A stretch of 64,000 nucleotides of DNA, from NCBI GenBank assembly GCA_903913285.1, contig CAIWKO010000022.1, positions 5,230-69,229 of the forward strand. The letters are read 5' to 3'. Below the pieces are notes generated by a model that saw only the letters and a list, made by a program, of their open reading frames with translations, ran no database searches and was not told the origin of the DNA. Made by a program: the position numbers and the translations under genes. Origin of the DNA: an uncultured Bacteroidales bacterium (GTDB lineage: Bacteria > Bacteroidota > Bacteroidia > Bacteroidales > CAIWKO01). Positions 48,476 to 56,669 of this stretch are shown here, piece after piece. The first letter of the stretch is position 1. Every line of letters begins with the position of its first letter.

Positions 48476-51400
48476 CTACTTCTCAATCAAAAACATCATA
48501 TTCGAAGTAAGGCTGCCTTTGTCGATGATCTGCATTTTGGCTCCGAGGCCGGTGCAGAGTTTGCCGAGGCGGGCAGCCGACAGGAAATGCAGTTTCATAT
48601 CGTTGGTTTTGTTGAAGCCGATATGGGTTGAAAGAAATTCGGTGAGGCGGGTTTTTTTGTGTTCCGAAGCCATGTCGGCGTTGCCGTCGCGTATCAGTAT
48701 CTTGCCGCCGGGCGTGAGGCTGGTGATGCACGACGAGAGCAGGGCACATTGTTTTTCGTCGGTGAGGTAGTGCAGCACATCGCTCAGCAAAAACACATCG
48801 TGAGGGGTAATTTCGTATTGGGTGATGTCGGCGCAATAGAAATCGACGTTGGCGGGTTTCGACATGCAATGCGAAGCCATCTCAATTTTTTCCTCGTCGT
48901 AGTCGAGGGCCGTTATGGTGCGCCTGTCGGAGATCATGCCCAGCATCATCGACAGGTATCCGTAGCCGCAGCCGATGTCGAGCACGCGGGCGTCGGCGGG
49001 TATCAGCTGGTTGTATATCCTGTAGTTCTTTTTTTCGATGGCCAGCTTGATGCGGGTATACCATTCCACTATGGGTCCCTTGTAAGTGAAGTTTTTGATG
49101 ATGATATCGTTCAGGCGGCGGGGGTCGTTATAATAAACCCTGAGCAAGTCGCTGAATTCGGCGCGAAACAGGCGCTGAATGTTTTTGGCCCTTTCGGAGT
49201 AGTCGGCGCCCCACTGCGGGTCGTCGTGGCGGATGCGGTCGAGAAACTTAACGGTGATATGGCTTTTTTTAGCCATCAGTTCGCCCTTGGCCACATAATT
49301 GCCCGTGCCGTTGGTAACGATGGGCAGGATGTCGAGCTTGAGCTTGTCGGCCAAATAAAAAGCGCCTTTATGAAAACGGTGTATATGATGATCGTTGTTG
49401 CGGGTGCCTTCGGGAAACACCATGATGGAATAGCCATCGGCAACGGCCGAACTCAGCTTGTCGCCAATAAAATCGTAGCCTGCCGAAGCGGGCAAAAAGC
49501 CGCCCAGTTTCACGATGATGCCGATAAATTTCGAATAATAAAACGCATCGTTGGTGATCATCATCACCTTGGGCGAAAACATCAACAGCAAGGGAATATC
49601 GATAATGGACTGATGGTTGACGATGATAACGGCAGGCTTCCGTAGGGTGTCGCGCGTGTAGTTGAGTATCTTTTTGTGCGAGCGATACATCAGATACATG
49701 GTGGTTCGGCACACCAGCATCAGGGTGTAGTGATAGAGCAGCCTGCGGTTTTTGCGGCCTATGGGCAATATTTTATAGACGGTGAGCCCGAGGAAACCCG
49801 TCAGTATGCAACCGCCCACGAAATGGCTGTAGCACACCACAGCGTAGAGGAAGCCGTAGGCGGTGACGGGAAATTTGCGCGGCTTGCCTTTTTTATACAC
49901 CAGCAGGCGGAACAAGGCGGGCGGAACGGTGTAGGAAAGAAACACTACCGAAAACATGCCGATGATGGTCAGCAGGGCTATCGATTTCAGCGCGGGATGC
50001 TTGGCCAAAATAAGTACCCCCACCCCTATCAGCGTGGTGAAAGCCGACAGAAAGACGGCGGTCTTGTATGAATCCAAAAGTTTAATGCCTTTGCGCTTAT
50101 ATTCCTGCAGCAGGCCGTCCATGATAAAAATGCTGAAGTCGTCGCCCAGTCCGAAAATAAAGGTAGAGATGATGATGCTCACGATGTTGAACTTGATGCC
50201 GAGCAGGCTCATCAAACCCAATATCCATATCCACGAAATAAACATGGGGATGAACGATATCAGCGCCAGTTCGATGCGGCCATACATCATCAGCAAAAAG
50301 AAAAATACCAGCAGCGACGAGATCAACAAAATAGTGTTGAAATCGTTGCTGATGATGTTGGCATATTTCGATGAAAGAAACTGCCTGTCGATGACCAGCG
50401 TTTTTTCGTTTTCGGGAAAATAGCTCACCACTTTGTCGCGGTTGCGGGGGTTGATCTTCAAAGCCGTGATCACGAAATTATCCTGTTTGTGGCTTATCAG
50501 GTCGCTCACGAAATTATTCTTCAGAGATTCAACATCGTTTGGTTTGATGGAGCTGTATCGGGCATCGATCACCTTAAAGAAATCGTTGAATGCCTCTTCC
50601 CTGAACTTATATTTGAACCCCTGTTGTATGAGGCGCTTTTTGAATTTGATCAGATCTACCCCGGCCCAAAAGGCGTTCCATTTCGCTATTTTCAGTTTCT
50701 GTGCCGAATCGGAAAGCATGATGTTCGAAACCGTAGAAACCTGATTGATGAGATGCTTCGCCTGCAGGTCGCGCACCGTGCGGTTCAGTTTTTCGCTGTT
50801 CTTCAGCGCCTCGTTCATGTTCTTACCCTGCGACACCAGGTAAATGGGGCGCAGCGAGCTGTCGGATATCGAATTCAGGGTTTGTTCGGCATGCATTAAT
50901 TTGGGCGACATATAGCCCATTTTGGTCAGGTCGCTTTCGAAAGCGATCTTGGTGGCCGGATAGAAAAAAATAGCGGTAAGCAACAGGATACCAACCAGAA
51001 TGTAGGGATTGCGTTCGAAATGGTAGGCCGACAAACGGTCGATAAAGCCCGGGCTTGCATGTTCGGGCTCCGGTTTTTTCGACTTTTTGACGAAATACGG
51101 CAGAAATATCAGCGTGAACAACACCGCTCCCACCAAAACCAATGCCGACAACAAACCGAAATCGTTCAGCACGGTCGATTTCACCATCAGCAAACCCAAA
51201 AAGGCGCCTATGGTGGTGGTGCTGCCGATGGTCATCGGAATGGCCAGATCTTTGATCACCTGCCGCAAGGATTTCTCGTGGCGGTAGTGCGCGTAGAAAT
51301 GGATGGAATAGTTGATGGCGATGCCCAGTATTATAGAACTGGCACCGATGGCGATGGTGGATATCTGCGATTTCAGAAAATAGATGATGGCCAGCGAGAA

Positions 51401-52330
51401 GATGCCGCCGAAAATGACGGGCAAAACCAGAAAGAATATCGTTTTTGAGTTTTTGAAGAAAAACGCAAAGAACACGAACAAAATTAAAACGGCCAGGCCC
51501 AGTGTTAGCAACGAATCGTCCTTCAGCTGGTTGGCGTTGCCTACGGCCACGGCTGCAGCGCCGTAGTATTGTATTCGTATCGGGACCCCGCTCAAATCCT
51601 TGCTGTTATCCGCAATGATGTTTTCCAGTTTTTTGATCATCACCGAGTTTTTCGACGATTCGCTGGCGGGGCTCGCCGTGCTGAGAAACATCAGCAGGTT
51701 TTTTTTATCTTTCGAGAAGATCCGCTCTTTATAAATATTGTAGTTGTTGCCCACGCTTATCAGGCTCAGTTTACGCATGGCCAAAGCGGTGATGCTGAAT
51801 GGGTCGCGGATCAGGTATTTTTTCATCACAAAGCCCGCGGGCGATATCAGCATCTTATAGTTGCGGCTCAAAACGGTATCCACATGTGCCGAATCGATCA
51901 TTTTGCCGATATGTTCGTAGTCTTTGTCGTCGAGAAAAAACGGAAGGTTGCGCCAAAACAGGTCGTAGGTGTCCTGCATCAGGTCCTGCGAAAAACGGTA
52001 AGTGAGTTCCTTCACCTGGTCGGGCATCATCTGCTCTTTGATGTCTTTTGCCACATCATCGGCCCTGCCTATCATGGTATTGACCGAAGCAGCCGACGAA
52101 TCGGGGGCGCTCAGTATCACCAGCAGTTTGTCGTTGGTTTTTATCTGTTCGAAAACATCGCCTATGTTCTTAACTTCTTTGTTTTTCGGAATAAAATCGG
52201 CAACATCTTCGCTGAAACGTATGCGGGTCGAGAAATAGGCAAGCAGGGCGGTGATCAGTATCAAAATAGCGAACAACAAACGTTTTCGCGTTTGAAAAAA
52301 ATCGAATATCATTACAAAAAAAGCCGCCAT
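48476..52330 (-). CDS. Trifunctional MMPL-family transporter / lysophospholipid (PlsC-type) acyltransferase / class I SAM-dependent methyltransferase fusion
   Basis: 1284 aa. N-terminal ~800 aa with two blocks of TM helices (RND/MMPL-like). Acyltransferase NHQSIIDIP (HX4D) and FPEGTR motifs. C-terminal methyltransferase VLDIGCGYGYLS motif. Confidence 0.85.
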   Translation of the reverse strand: MAAFFVMIFDFFQTRKRLLFAILILITALLAYFSTRIRFSEDVADFIPKNKEVKNIGDVFEQIKTNDKLLVILSAPDSSAASVNTMIGRADDVAKDIKEQMMPDQVKELTYRFSQDLMQDTYDLFWRNLPFFLDDKDYEHIGKMIDSAHVDTVLSRNYKMLISPAGFVMKKYLIRDPFSITALAMRKLSLISVGNNYNIYKERIFSKDKKNLLMFLSTASPASESSKNSVMIKKLENIIADNSKDLSGVPIRIQYYGAAAVAVGNANQLKDDSLLTLGLAVLILFVFFAFFFKNSKTIFFLVLPVIFGGIFSLAIIYFLKSQISTIAIGASSIILGIAINYSIHFYAHYRHEKSLRQVIKDLAIPMTIGSTTTIGAFLGLLMVKSTVLNDFGLLSALVLVGAVLFTLIFLPYFVKKSKKPEPEHASPGFIDRLSAYHFERNPYILVGILLLTAIFFYPATKIAFESDLTKMGYMSPKLMHAEQTLNSISDSSLRPIYLVSQGKNMNEALKNSEKLNRTVRDLQAKHLINQVSTVSNIMLSDSAQKLKIAKWNAFWAGVDLIKFKKRLIQQGFKYKFREEAFNDFFKVIDARYSSIKPNDVESLKNNFVSDLISHKQDNFVITALKINPRNRDKVVSYFPENEKTLVIDRQFLSSKYANIISNDFNTILLISSLLVFFFLLMMYGRIELALISFIPMFISWIWILGLMSLLGIKFNIVSIIISTFIFGLGDDFSIFIMDGLLQEYKRKGIKLLDSYKTAVFLSAFTTLIGVGVLILAKHPALKSIALLTIIGMFSVVFLSYTVPPALFRLLVYKKGKPRKFPVTAYGFLYAVVCYSHFVGGCILTGFLGLTVYKILPIGRKNRRLLYHYTLMLVCRTTMYLMYRSHKKILNYTRDTLRKPAVIIVNHQSIIDIPLLLMFSPKVMMITNDAFYYSKFIGIIVKLGGFLPASAGYDFIGDKLSSAVADGYSIMVFPEGTRNNDHHIHRFHKGAFYLADKLKLDILPIVTNGTGNYVAKGELMAKKSHITVKFLDRIRHDDPQWGADYSERAKNIQRLFRAEFSDLLRVYYNDPRRLNDIIIKNFTYKGPIVEWYTRIKLAIEKKNYRIYNQLIPADARVLDIGCGYGYLSMMLGMISDRRTITALDYDEEKIEMASHCMSKPANVDFYCADITQYEITPHDVFLLSDVLHYLTDEKQCALLSSCITSLTPGGKILIRDGNADMASEHKKTRLTEFLSTHIGFNKTNDMKLHFLSAARLGKLCTGLGAKMQIIDKGSLTSNMMFLIEK

Positions 52331-52363
52331 CCTGTTGTTTACATTTAGTGATCTGTTCGCTGC

Positions 52364-53578
52364 TTATTCCGGTACTTTCGTTTCTGTTAAAGTCATCCTG
52401 TGCTTCTTTCTGAAAATCTTCAGTAAAATATAAGTTGTTAATCCGAGACTCACAGAAATTGCAGTAGCAAAAATAAAACTTCCGATCAAATATTGAAGCA
52501 AATTTATTTTAATTGCTTCGAGTGTCAGGTTCGAAGAATATTTTAATTGCACAGCATCATATTTATACACAAACCCACCGAACAAATAGCTCAGATACAT
52601 GATAACAGGTATCATCGGCGGTATGCTGATATTGCTTGCCACCAGAGTAATTACCTTATTTAATCGAAACAACATGGCCAACAGCAATGCAATGCCCATC
52701 TGCCATCCCCAAAACGGTGCGATACCCATGAACAGACCCAGCATTACCGAAAAGGTTATTTTTGAATCCGAGTCCTGATTCAGTATGATATATTTATGAT
52801 AAAACTCGCGGATATTCTTTTTGTTTAATGAATTAACAAATTTGAAGGGCTTAACAAATAAGAGCGCAATGATCACCAACACCACATTCAGCAAACTCAC
52901 GCGTGTAAAATCGATGAAGGGCCTGAAATGCGAAACACGCTCCGATTTGGGCGCATAATATACCTGTATCGGCACCGGAATAACTTTGATGTTGCGCCAG
53001 GCCGCACGCACCAATACTTCGATCTCGAATTCGTATTTGCGGGTCAGGTAGTGCTTTTTATACAGCAAATGGATGGGATACGCACGAAATCCCGATTGAG
53101 TGTCGGGCAACTTCACACCCGTTTCGAAACGAAACCAGAAGTTCGAGAACTTATGCCCGAAACTGCTTTTGCCCGGAATGCTGCTCTGGTTCATATTTCG
53201 TGCACCCACGATGAGGGCATCGGGTTCCTGCTCAATTTTTTCGATGAACACAGGCAGATCGTCGGCCATGTGCTGCCCGTCGGAATCGATGGTGATGCCG
53301 TAGCGGAAGCCCAGGCTGTGAGCAAATTTTATAGCACGGCGCAGCGCATATCCTTTTCCGCAATTGGCTTCGAAGCGGATCACGCGCATATCATTGTATG
53401 CATCCAGTATCGTTTGGGTATCATCGGTCGAGCCGTCGTTCACCACGATGATGTTCGTGGTATATTCCATCACGTCGTCAATTACTTTTTTCAGGGTAGC
53501 TGCATTGTTGTATGTGGGGATTATCACACAACATTGCAGCGTCCGAAACTTTTCCTGTATTTGACTTTTATCCGGCAT
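52364..53578 (-). CDS. Family 2 glycosyltransferase fused to a DUF2062-like membrane domain
   Basis: 404 aa. CCVIIPTYNNA..VVNDGSTD..DSDGQH GT-A motifs, then about 4 TM helices. Confidence 0.82.
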   Translation of the reverse strand: MPDKSQIQEKFRTLQCCVIIPTYNNAATLKKVIDDVMEYTTNIIVVNDGSTDDTQTILDAYNDMRVIRFEANCGKGYALRRAIKFAHSLGFRYGITIDSDGQHMADDLPVFIEKIEQEPDALIVGARNMNQSSIPGKSSFGHKFSNFWFRFETGVKLPDTQSGFRAYPIHLLYKKHYLTRKYEFEIEVLVRAAWRNIKVIPVPIQVYYAPKSERVSHFRPFIDFTRVSLLNVVLVIIALLFVKPFKFVNSLNKKNIREFYHKYIILNQDSDSKITFSVMLGLFMGIAPFWGWQMGIALLLAMLFRLNKVITLVASNISIPPMIPVIMYLSYLFGGFVYKYDAVQLKYSSNLTLEAIKINLLQYLIGSFIFATAISVSLGLTTYILLKIFRKKHRMTLTETKVPE

Positions 53579-55242
53579 CAGTTCATCATTTTGTGTTCCG
53601 ATTCTTTCAAGCTCTTTTCAATCTGCAGTTTTTCTTTCAGGTTCGGAATGGGCTTCGAAAGTGCCGTTTTATATTCATTCACGGCCTTTTCATACAAACG
53701 ACCATCCTTATAGTGATCTCCGGCTTCCCAATACGACAAATAACTGTCGGGGTTGAGAGTTATCATTTCATCGACGAGCTTTTGAGTTTCCACGTCATAT
53801 TTTTTAGCGTCGTGCAATAACTGCCGGATGGATTTAAAACGCCTGTAATTTTCGTATCCGCCATTCTGTAGTAATGGGTCCTCCGCTATCTGTTCTCCTG
53901 CAACAGTGATATCGGGATGACCTTTGATATCAAAATCGGGATGAAAAACCGCGTTCAGATCGTAGCAAACATAGGCTCCAATACAATACGGACCGGCTGA
54001 TATCCACATTTTTAATTCGGCAGGTTTAAAAATAACCGAATGATGCGCAATAAGCTGGTTGACGGCTATCTCGTTGCCCGAACCCAGGAGAGTATCCCCT
54101 GTTCCCAGACGGTCGCGGAGTATATCGGCTGCCGTTTGCACCGTAAATTTTTCGTACTTATCAAATAACTCCTGCATCCGCTCAAAGCGTTTCATCGAGG
54201 AACTTTCGATGATCTGCTGCCGGTTCGATTCATCGTTCTTAAACTTTTCGGATTGAAAATGATTGGTGCAGATCAACTGGTTATTTTCGGGAACAAATAT
54301 GGCGCTGTCGTAGGGTGTTTTTTCGATCAAAACCGAACGGTTCTCTTTGCCCGAACTCACATGAAACGATTCCGAAACAAATATCTTGCGTTTATCGGCA
54401 ATGGCAATGGCTTGTTCAAGGGTTTCGGCATATTGAAGCATCTCGCGTACCAAAATGGTGATCGGCGTCGACGAACGCATCGGCAGTTTCGATTTTGCAG
54501 CATTCACCGTGATGGTAATTCCGTGTATGTTCATACCCGAAACCGTGCCTATCATACCACCCCAGGTGATCATCACAAATTTACTTCCGGCAGCGGGCTT
54601 ATAAAAGGTGATGATCTTTTCTTCCGAGAACTCATCTCCGGCATGGAAATCGAAATTACGCCCGTGTAGCAGCATGCCGTCGCCGGTTTTGCTGCCCCAG
54701 GCGGCAAACGAAGTGCAGCCCACAAAATTCATATACTGCAAAGTGTGGCCGATATCGTGGGCAGCATGGTAGTTCAGTATGCGCACATAACGCGGCCCTA
54801 TGAAGGAATATTCCAGCGAAGCCGAACGCGACACGCCGTAAATTTCCTGATTGTATTCTTTGCCCACATAATAGTTGAGTTTGCGGTTCATCCAGGCAAC
54901 CAGCAACTTCAAAAAGAACAGGTATACACGGTTGGTTACTCTTTTTTTAATTTCGGCTACAAAGAACTTTTCCTGATTATAGATCTGGTCCCGGGCAAGT
55001 ATACCGTTCACCAGGCCGCGCTCGTATGCATCGCCTTCGATATACATTTCCCACAAACCCTGCTTGTTCTTCTTTATCCAGTTATTTTTCAGCACATAAA
55101 AATCGTCGGCTATCTTGAGGGGTTCATATTCTTTCTGGTCAGCAGCAGGCACTTTTGGAGGGATCTTCAATACGGCAAGCGCGAACAAACCCGCGAGCAG
55201 CAGCAAGAGCAATACAATTCCCAAAATGATATATACCAACAT
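53578..55242 (-). CDS. Peptidase C45 / acyl-CoA:6-APA acyltransferase-like Ntn-hydrolase family protein (paralog of 37275..38957)
   Basis: 554 aa. Same architecture (TM helix, NYHAAHDIGH..VGCTSFAAWG..HGRNFDF core, TPR-like tail). Roughly half identical by eye to the 560-aa paralog. Confidence 0.75.
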   Translation of the reverse strand: MLVYIILGIVLLLLLLAGLFALAVLKIPPKVPAADQKEYEPLKIADDFYVLKNNWIKKNKQGLWEMYIEGDAYERGLVNGILARDQIYNQEKFFVAEIKKRVTNRVYLFFLKLLVAWMNRKLNYYVGKEYNQEIYGVSRSASLEYSFIGPRYVRILNYHAAHDIGHTLQYMNFVGCTSFAAWGSKTGDGMLLHGRNFDFHAGDEFSEEKIITFYKPAAGSKFVMITWGGMIGTVSGMNIHGITITVNAAKSKLPMRSSTPITILVREMLQYAETLEQAIAIADKRKIFVSESFHVSSGKENRSVLIEKTPYDSAIFVPENNQLICTNHFQSEKFKNDESNRQQIIESSSMKRFERMQELFDKYEKFTVQTAADILRDRLGTGDTLLGSGNEIAVNQLIAHHSVIFKPAELKMWISAGPYCIGAYVCYDLNAVFHPDFDIKGHPDITVAGEQIAEDPLLQNGGYENYRRFKSIRQLLHDAKKYDVETQKLVDEMITLNPDSYLSYWEAGDHYKDGRLYEKAVNEYKTALSKPIPNLKEKLQIEKSLKESEHKMMN

Positions 55243-55308
55243 CCTTTTTTTGTTAAGCCGACAAATTTAATGGATTTTTGCTTCGCAAAGGCACTATAAA
55301 AGCATTAG

Positions 55309-56052
55309 TTATTTATCTCCGGCCATTTTCTGGTATTCGATGCGCATCAGATCGGCCACATTTCGGGTAAGCACCTGATAGTTTTCGCCGTATTCGGGGC
55401 TGCCGTATTTTACCCTATCGAGATATATGATGGTAGCAGTGCCGTTTTTCAAATAGAACCATTTGCGCTTGATCACATTCTCAGAATAGTGAATCACCAC
55501 TGGTTGAATATCAATCTTGAGTTTTTCGGCAATATAAAACCCACCCTTGTGGAAACGTCCTATGTTGTTGGTTGAATACACTCCCTCTGGAAATATCAGC
55601 ACGGGACATCCGATTTCAATAGAAGGTCTCAGCGCTTCAACCAGAGCATCTTTGCCCATATCGATCGGAAAAAAACGGATGTATTTCACCAGAAAGAACT
55701 TTGCACCTGCATTGGCATGCCAGTTGTTGTTAATAACCCGCATTTTAGATGAGAAACTTATTACCAGTGGCGCATCGATCAGCGACTGATGATTGCAGGC
55801 TATCAGAGCGGGAGTGGCAAATTTCTGTTTATCGTAGCCTATATGGATGAATTTTATATTGAAATGGGTTTTGGTGATAAATGCAGCATAAGCCCTCAAC
55901 AATCGGCTGTAGATCGTCGACGGGCGGTTGTGACTGAGTGAGAACGGAACCAATATCAACAGGGTAAACAGCTGACTGGTGCATAAAAAGATCAGAAATG
56001 AAATGAAGCCTTTGAACAGTATTACAGTATTAACCCAAACTCTTTTAGCCAC
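55309..56052 (-). CDS. 1-acyl-sn-glycerol-3-phosphate (lysophospholipid) acyltransferase family protein
   Basis: 247 aa. N-terminal TM segments, ACNHQSLIDAP (HX4D) and FPEGV motifs. Confidence 0.82.
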   Translation of the reverse strand: MAKRVWVNTVILFKGFISFLIFLCTSQLFTLLILVPFSLSHNRPSTIYSRLLRAYAAFITKTHFNIKFIHIGYDKQKFATPALIACNHQSLIDAPLVISFSSKMRVINNNWHANAGAKFFLVKYIRFFPIDMGKDALVEALRPSIEIGCPVLIFPEGVYSTNNIGRFHKGGFYIAEKLKIDIQPVVIHYSENVIKRKWFYLKNGTATIIYLDRVKYGSPEYGENYQVLTRNVADLMRIEYQKMAGDK

Positions 56053-56111
56053 AATTTTGATAGATTAGGTTGCAAAAGTAAAAAAAATAGTATTACTTTT
56101 GTGCCATAATT

Positions 56112-56185
56112 GGCCCCGTAGCTCAACTGAATAGAGTATCTGACTACGGATCAGAAGGTTGAAGGTTTGAATCCTTCCGGGGTCA
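56112..56185 (+). tRNA. tRNA-Arg (anticodon ACG) with non-canonical A19/U56 and G10:U25
   Basis: Manual cloverleaf: acceptor GGCCCCG/CGGGGTC, D stem GCTC/GAGT, anticodon stem TCTGA/TCAGA with loop CTACGGA, 5-nt variable loop, T stem GAAGG/CCTTC with loop TTTGAAT, discriminator A. Confidence 0.8.
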
Positions 56186-56191
56186 CAAAGC

Positions 56192-56219
56192 AAAAAAGAG
56201 GAATTTATTCCTCTTTTTT
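56192..56219 (+). terminator. Hairpin/terminator after the tRNA
   Basis: aaaaagaggaa-ttta-ttcctcttttt, followed by T-rich sequence. Confidence 0.65.
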
Positions 56220-56238
56220 ATTATGGTCAACTTTTGAA

Positions 56239-56478
56239 ATGTACTACGTATATGTGATCCAAAGCGAAAAGTATGGTAAGAACTATACTGGCCTTACTAC
56301 AAACCTTGACAAAAGAATCAAGGAACATAATAGTGGTAAAACAAAGTCAATAAAACCTTACATCCCTTATAAGTTGATCTATCATGAAACTGCTTCTGAT
56401 TTACTACAGGCCAGAAAAAGGGAGAAGTATCTTAAAAGTGCTACTGGAAGAAATTTTATTAAAAAGAACTTAGAATAG
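56239..56478 (+). CDS. Small GIY-YIG nuclease family protein (URI domain only, UPF0213/YhbQ-like)
   Basis: Start moved to ATG 56239, giving MYYVYVIQSEKYGKNYTGLTTNLDKRIKEHN.. (GIY..YIG-type motif, conserved R/E/N positions). 79 aa. Confidence 0.8.
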   Translation: MYYVYVIQSEKYGKNYTGLTTNLDKRIKEHNSGKTKSIKPYIPYKLIYHETASDLLQARKREKYLKSATGRNFIKKNLE

Positions 56479-56557
56479 AATATTTGGCTACGGATCAGAA
56501 GCCTGCCTGACTGACGTCAGTCAGGCAGGGTTGAAGGTTTGAATCCTTCCGGGGTCA
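56474..56557 (+). pseudogene. Degenerate partial second copy of tRNA-Arg (D-loop to 3' end) carrying a 28-bp perfect palindrome at the variable-loop position
   Basis: atagaatatttggctacggatcagaag[cctgcctgactgacgtcagtcaggcagg]gttgaaggtttgaatccttccggggtca, versus atagagtatctgactacggatcagaaggttgaaggtttgaatccttccggggtca in the intact gene. No 5' acceptor or D-stem partner is present. Confidence 0.8.
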
Positions 56558-56563
56558 CAAAAT

Positions 56564-56592
56564 AAAAAAGAGGACACATGTCCTCTTTTTTA
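56564..56592 (+). terminator. Hairpin/terminator after the tRNA remnant
   Basis: aaaaagaggac-acat-gtcctcttttt followed by TATT. Same design as the hairpin at 56192-56219. Confidence 0.65.
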
Positions 56593-56669
56593 TTCTAACA
56601 AGCCCTGCTGCTTTCAAATTGTTTTTGCCGTTATTACCGTTTTTTGTACCTTTGTGCCTTAGTTTCATT

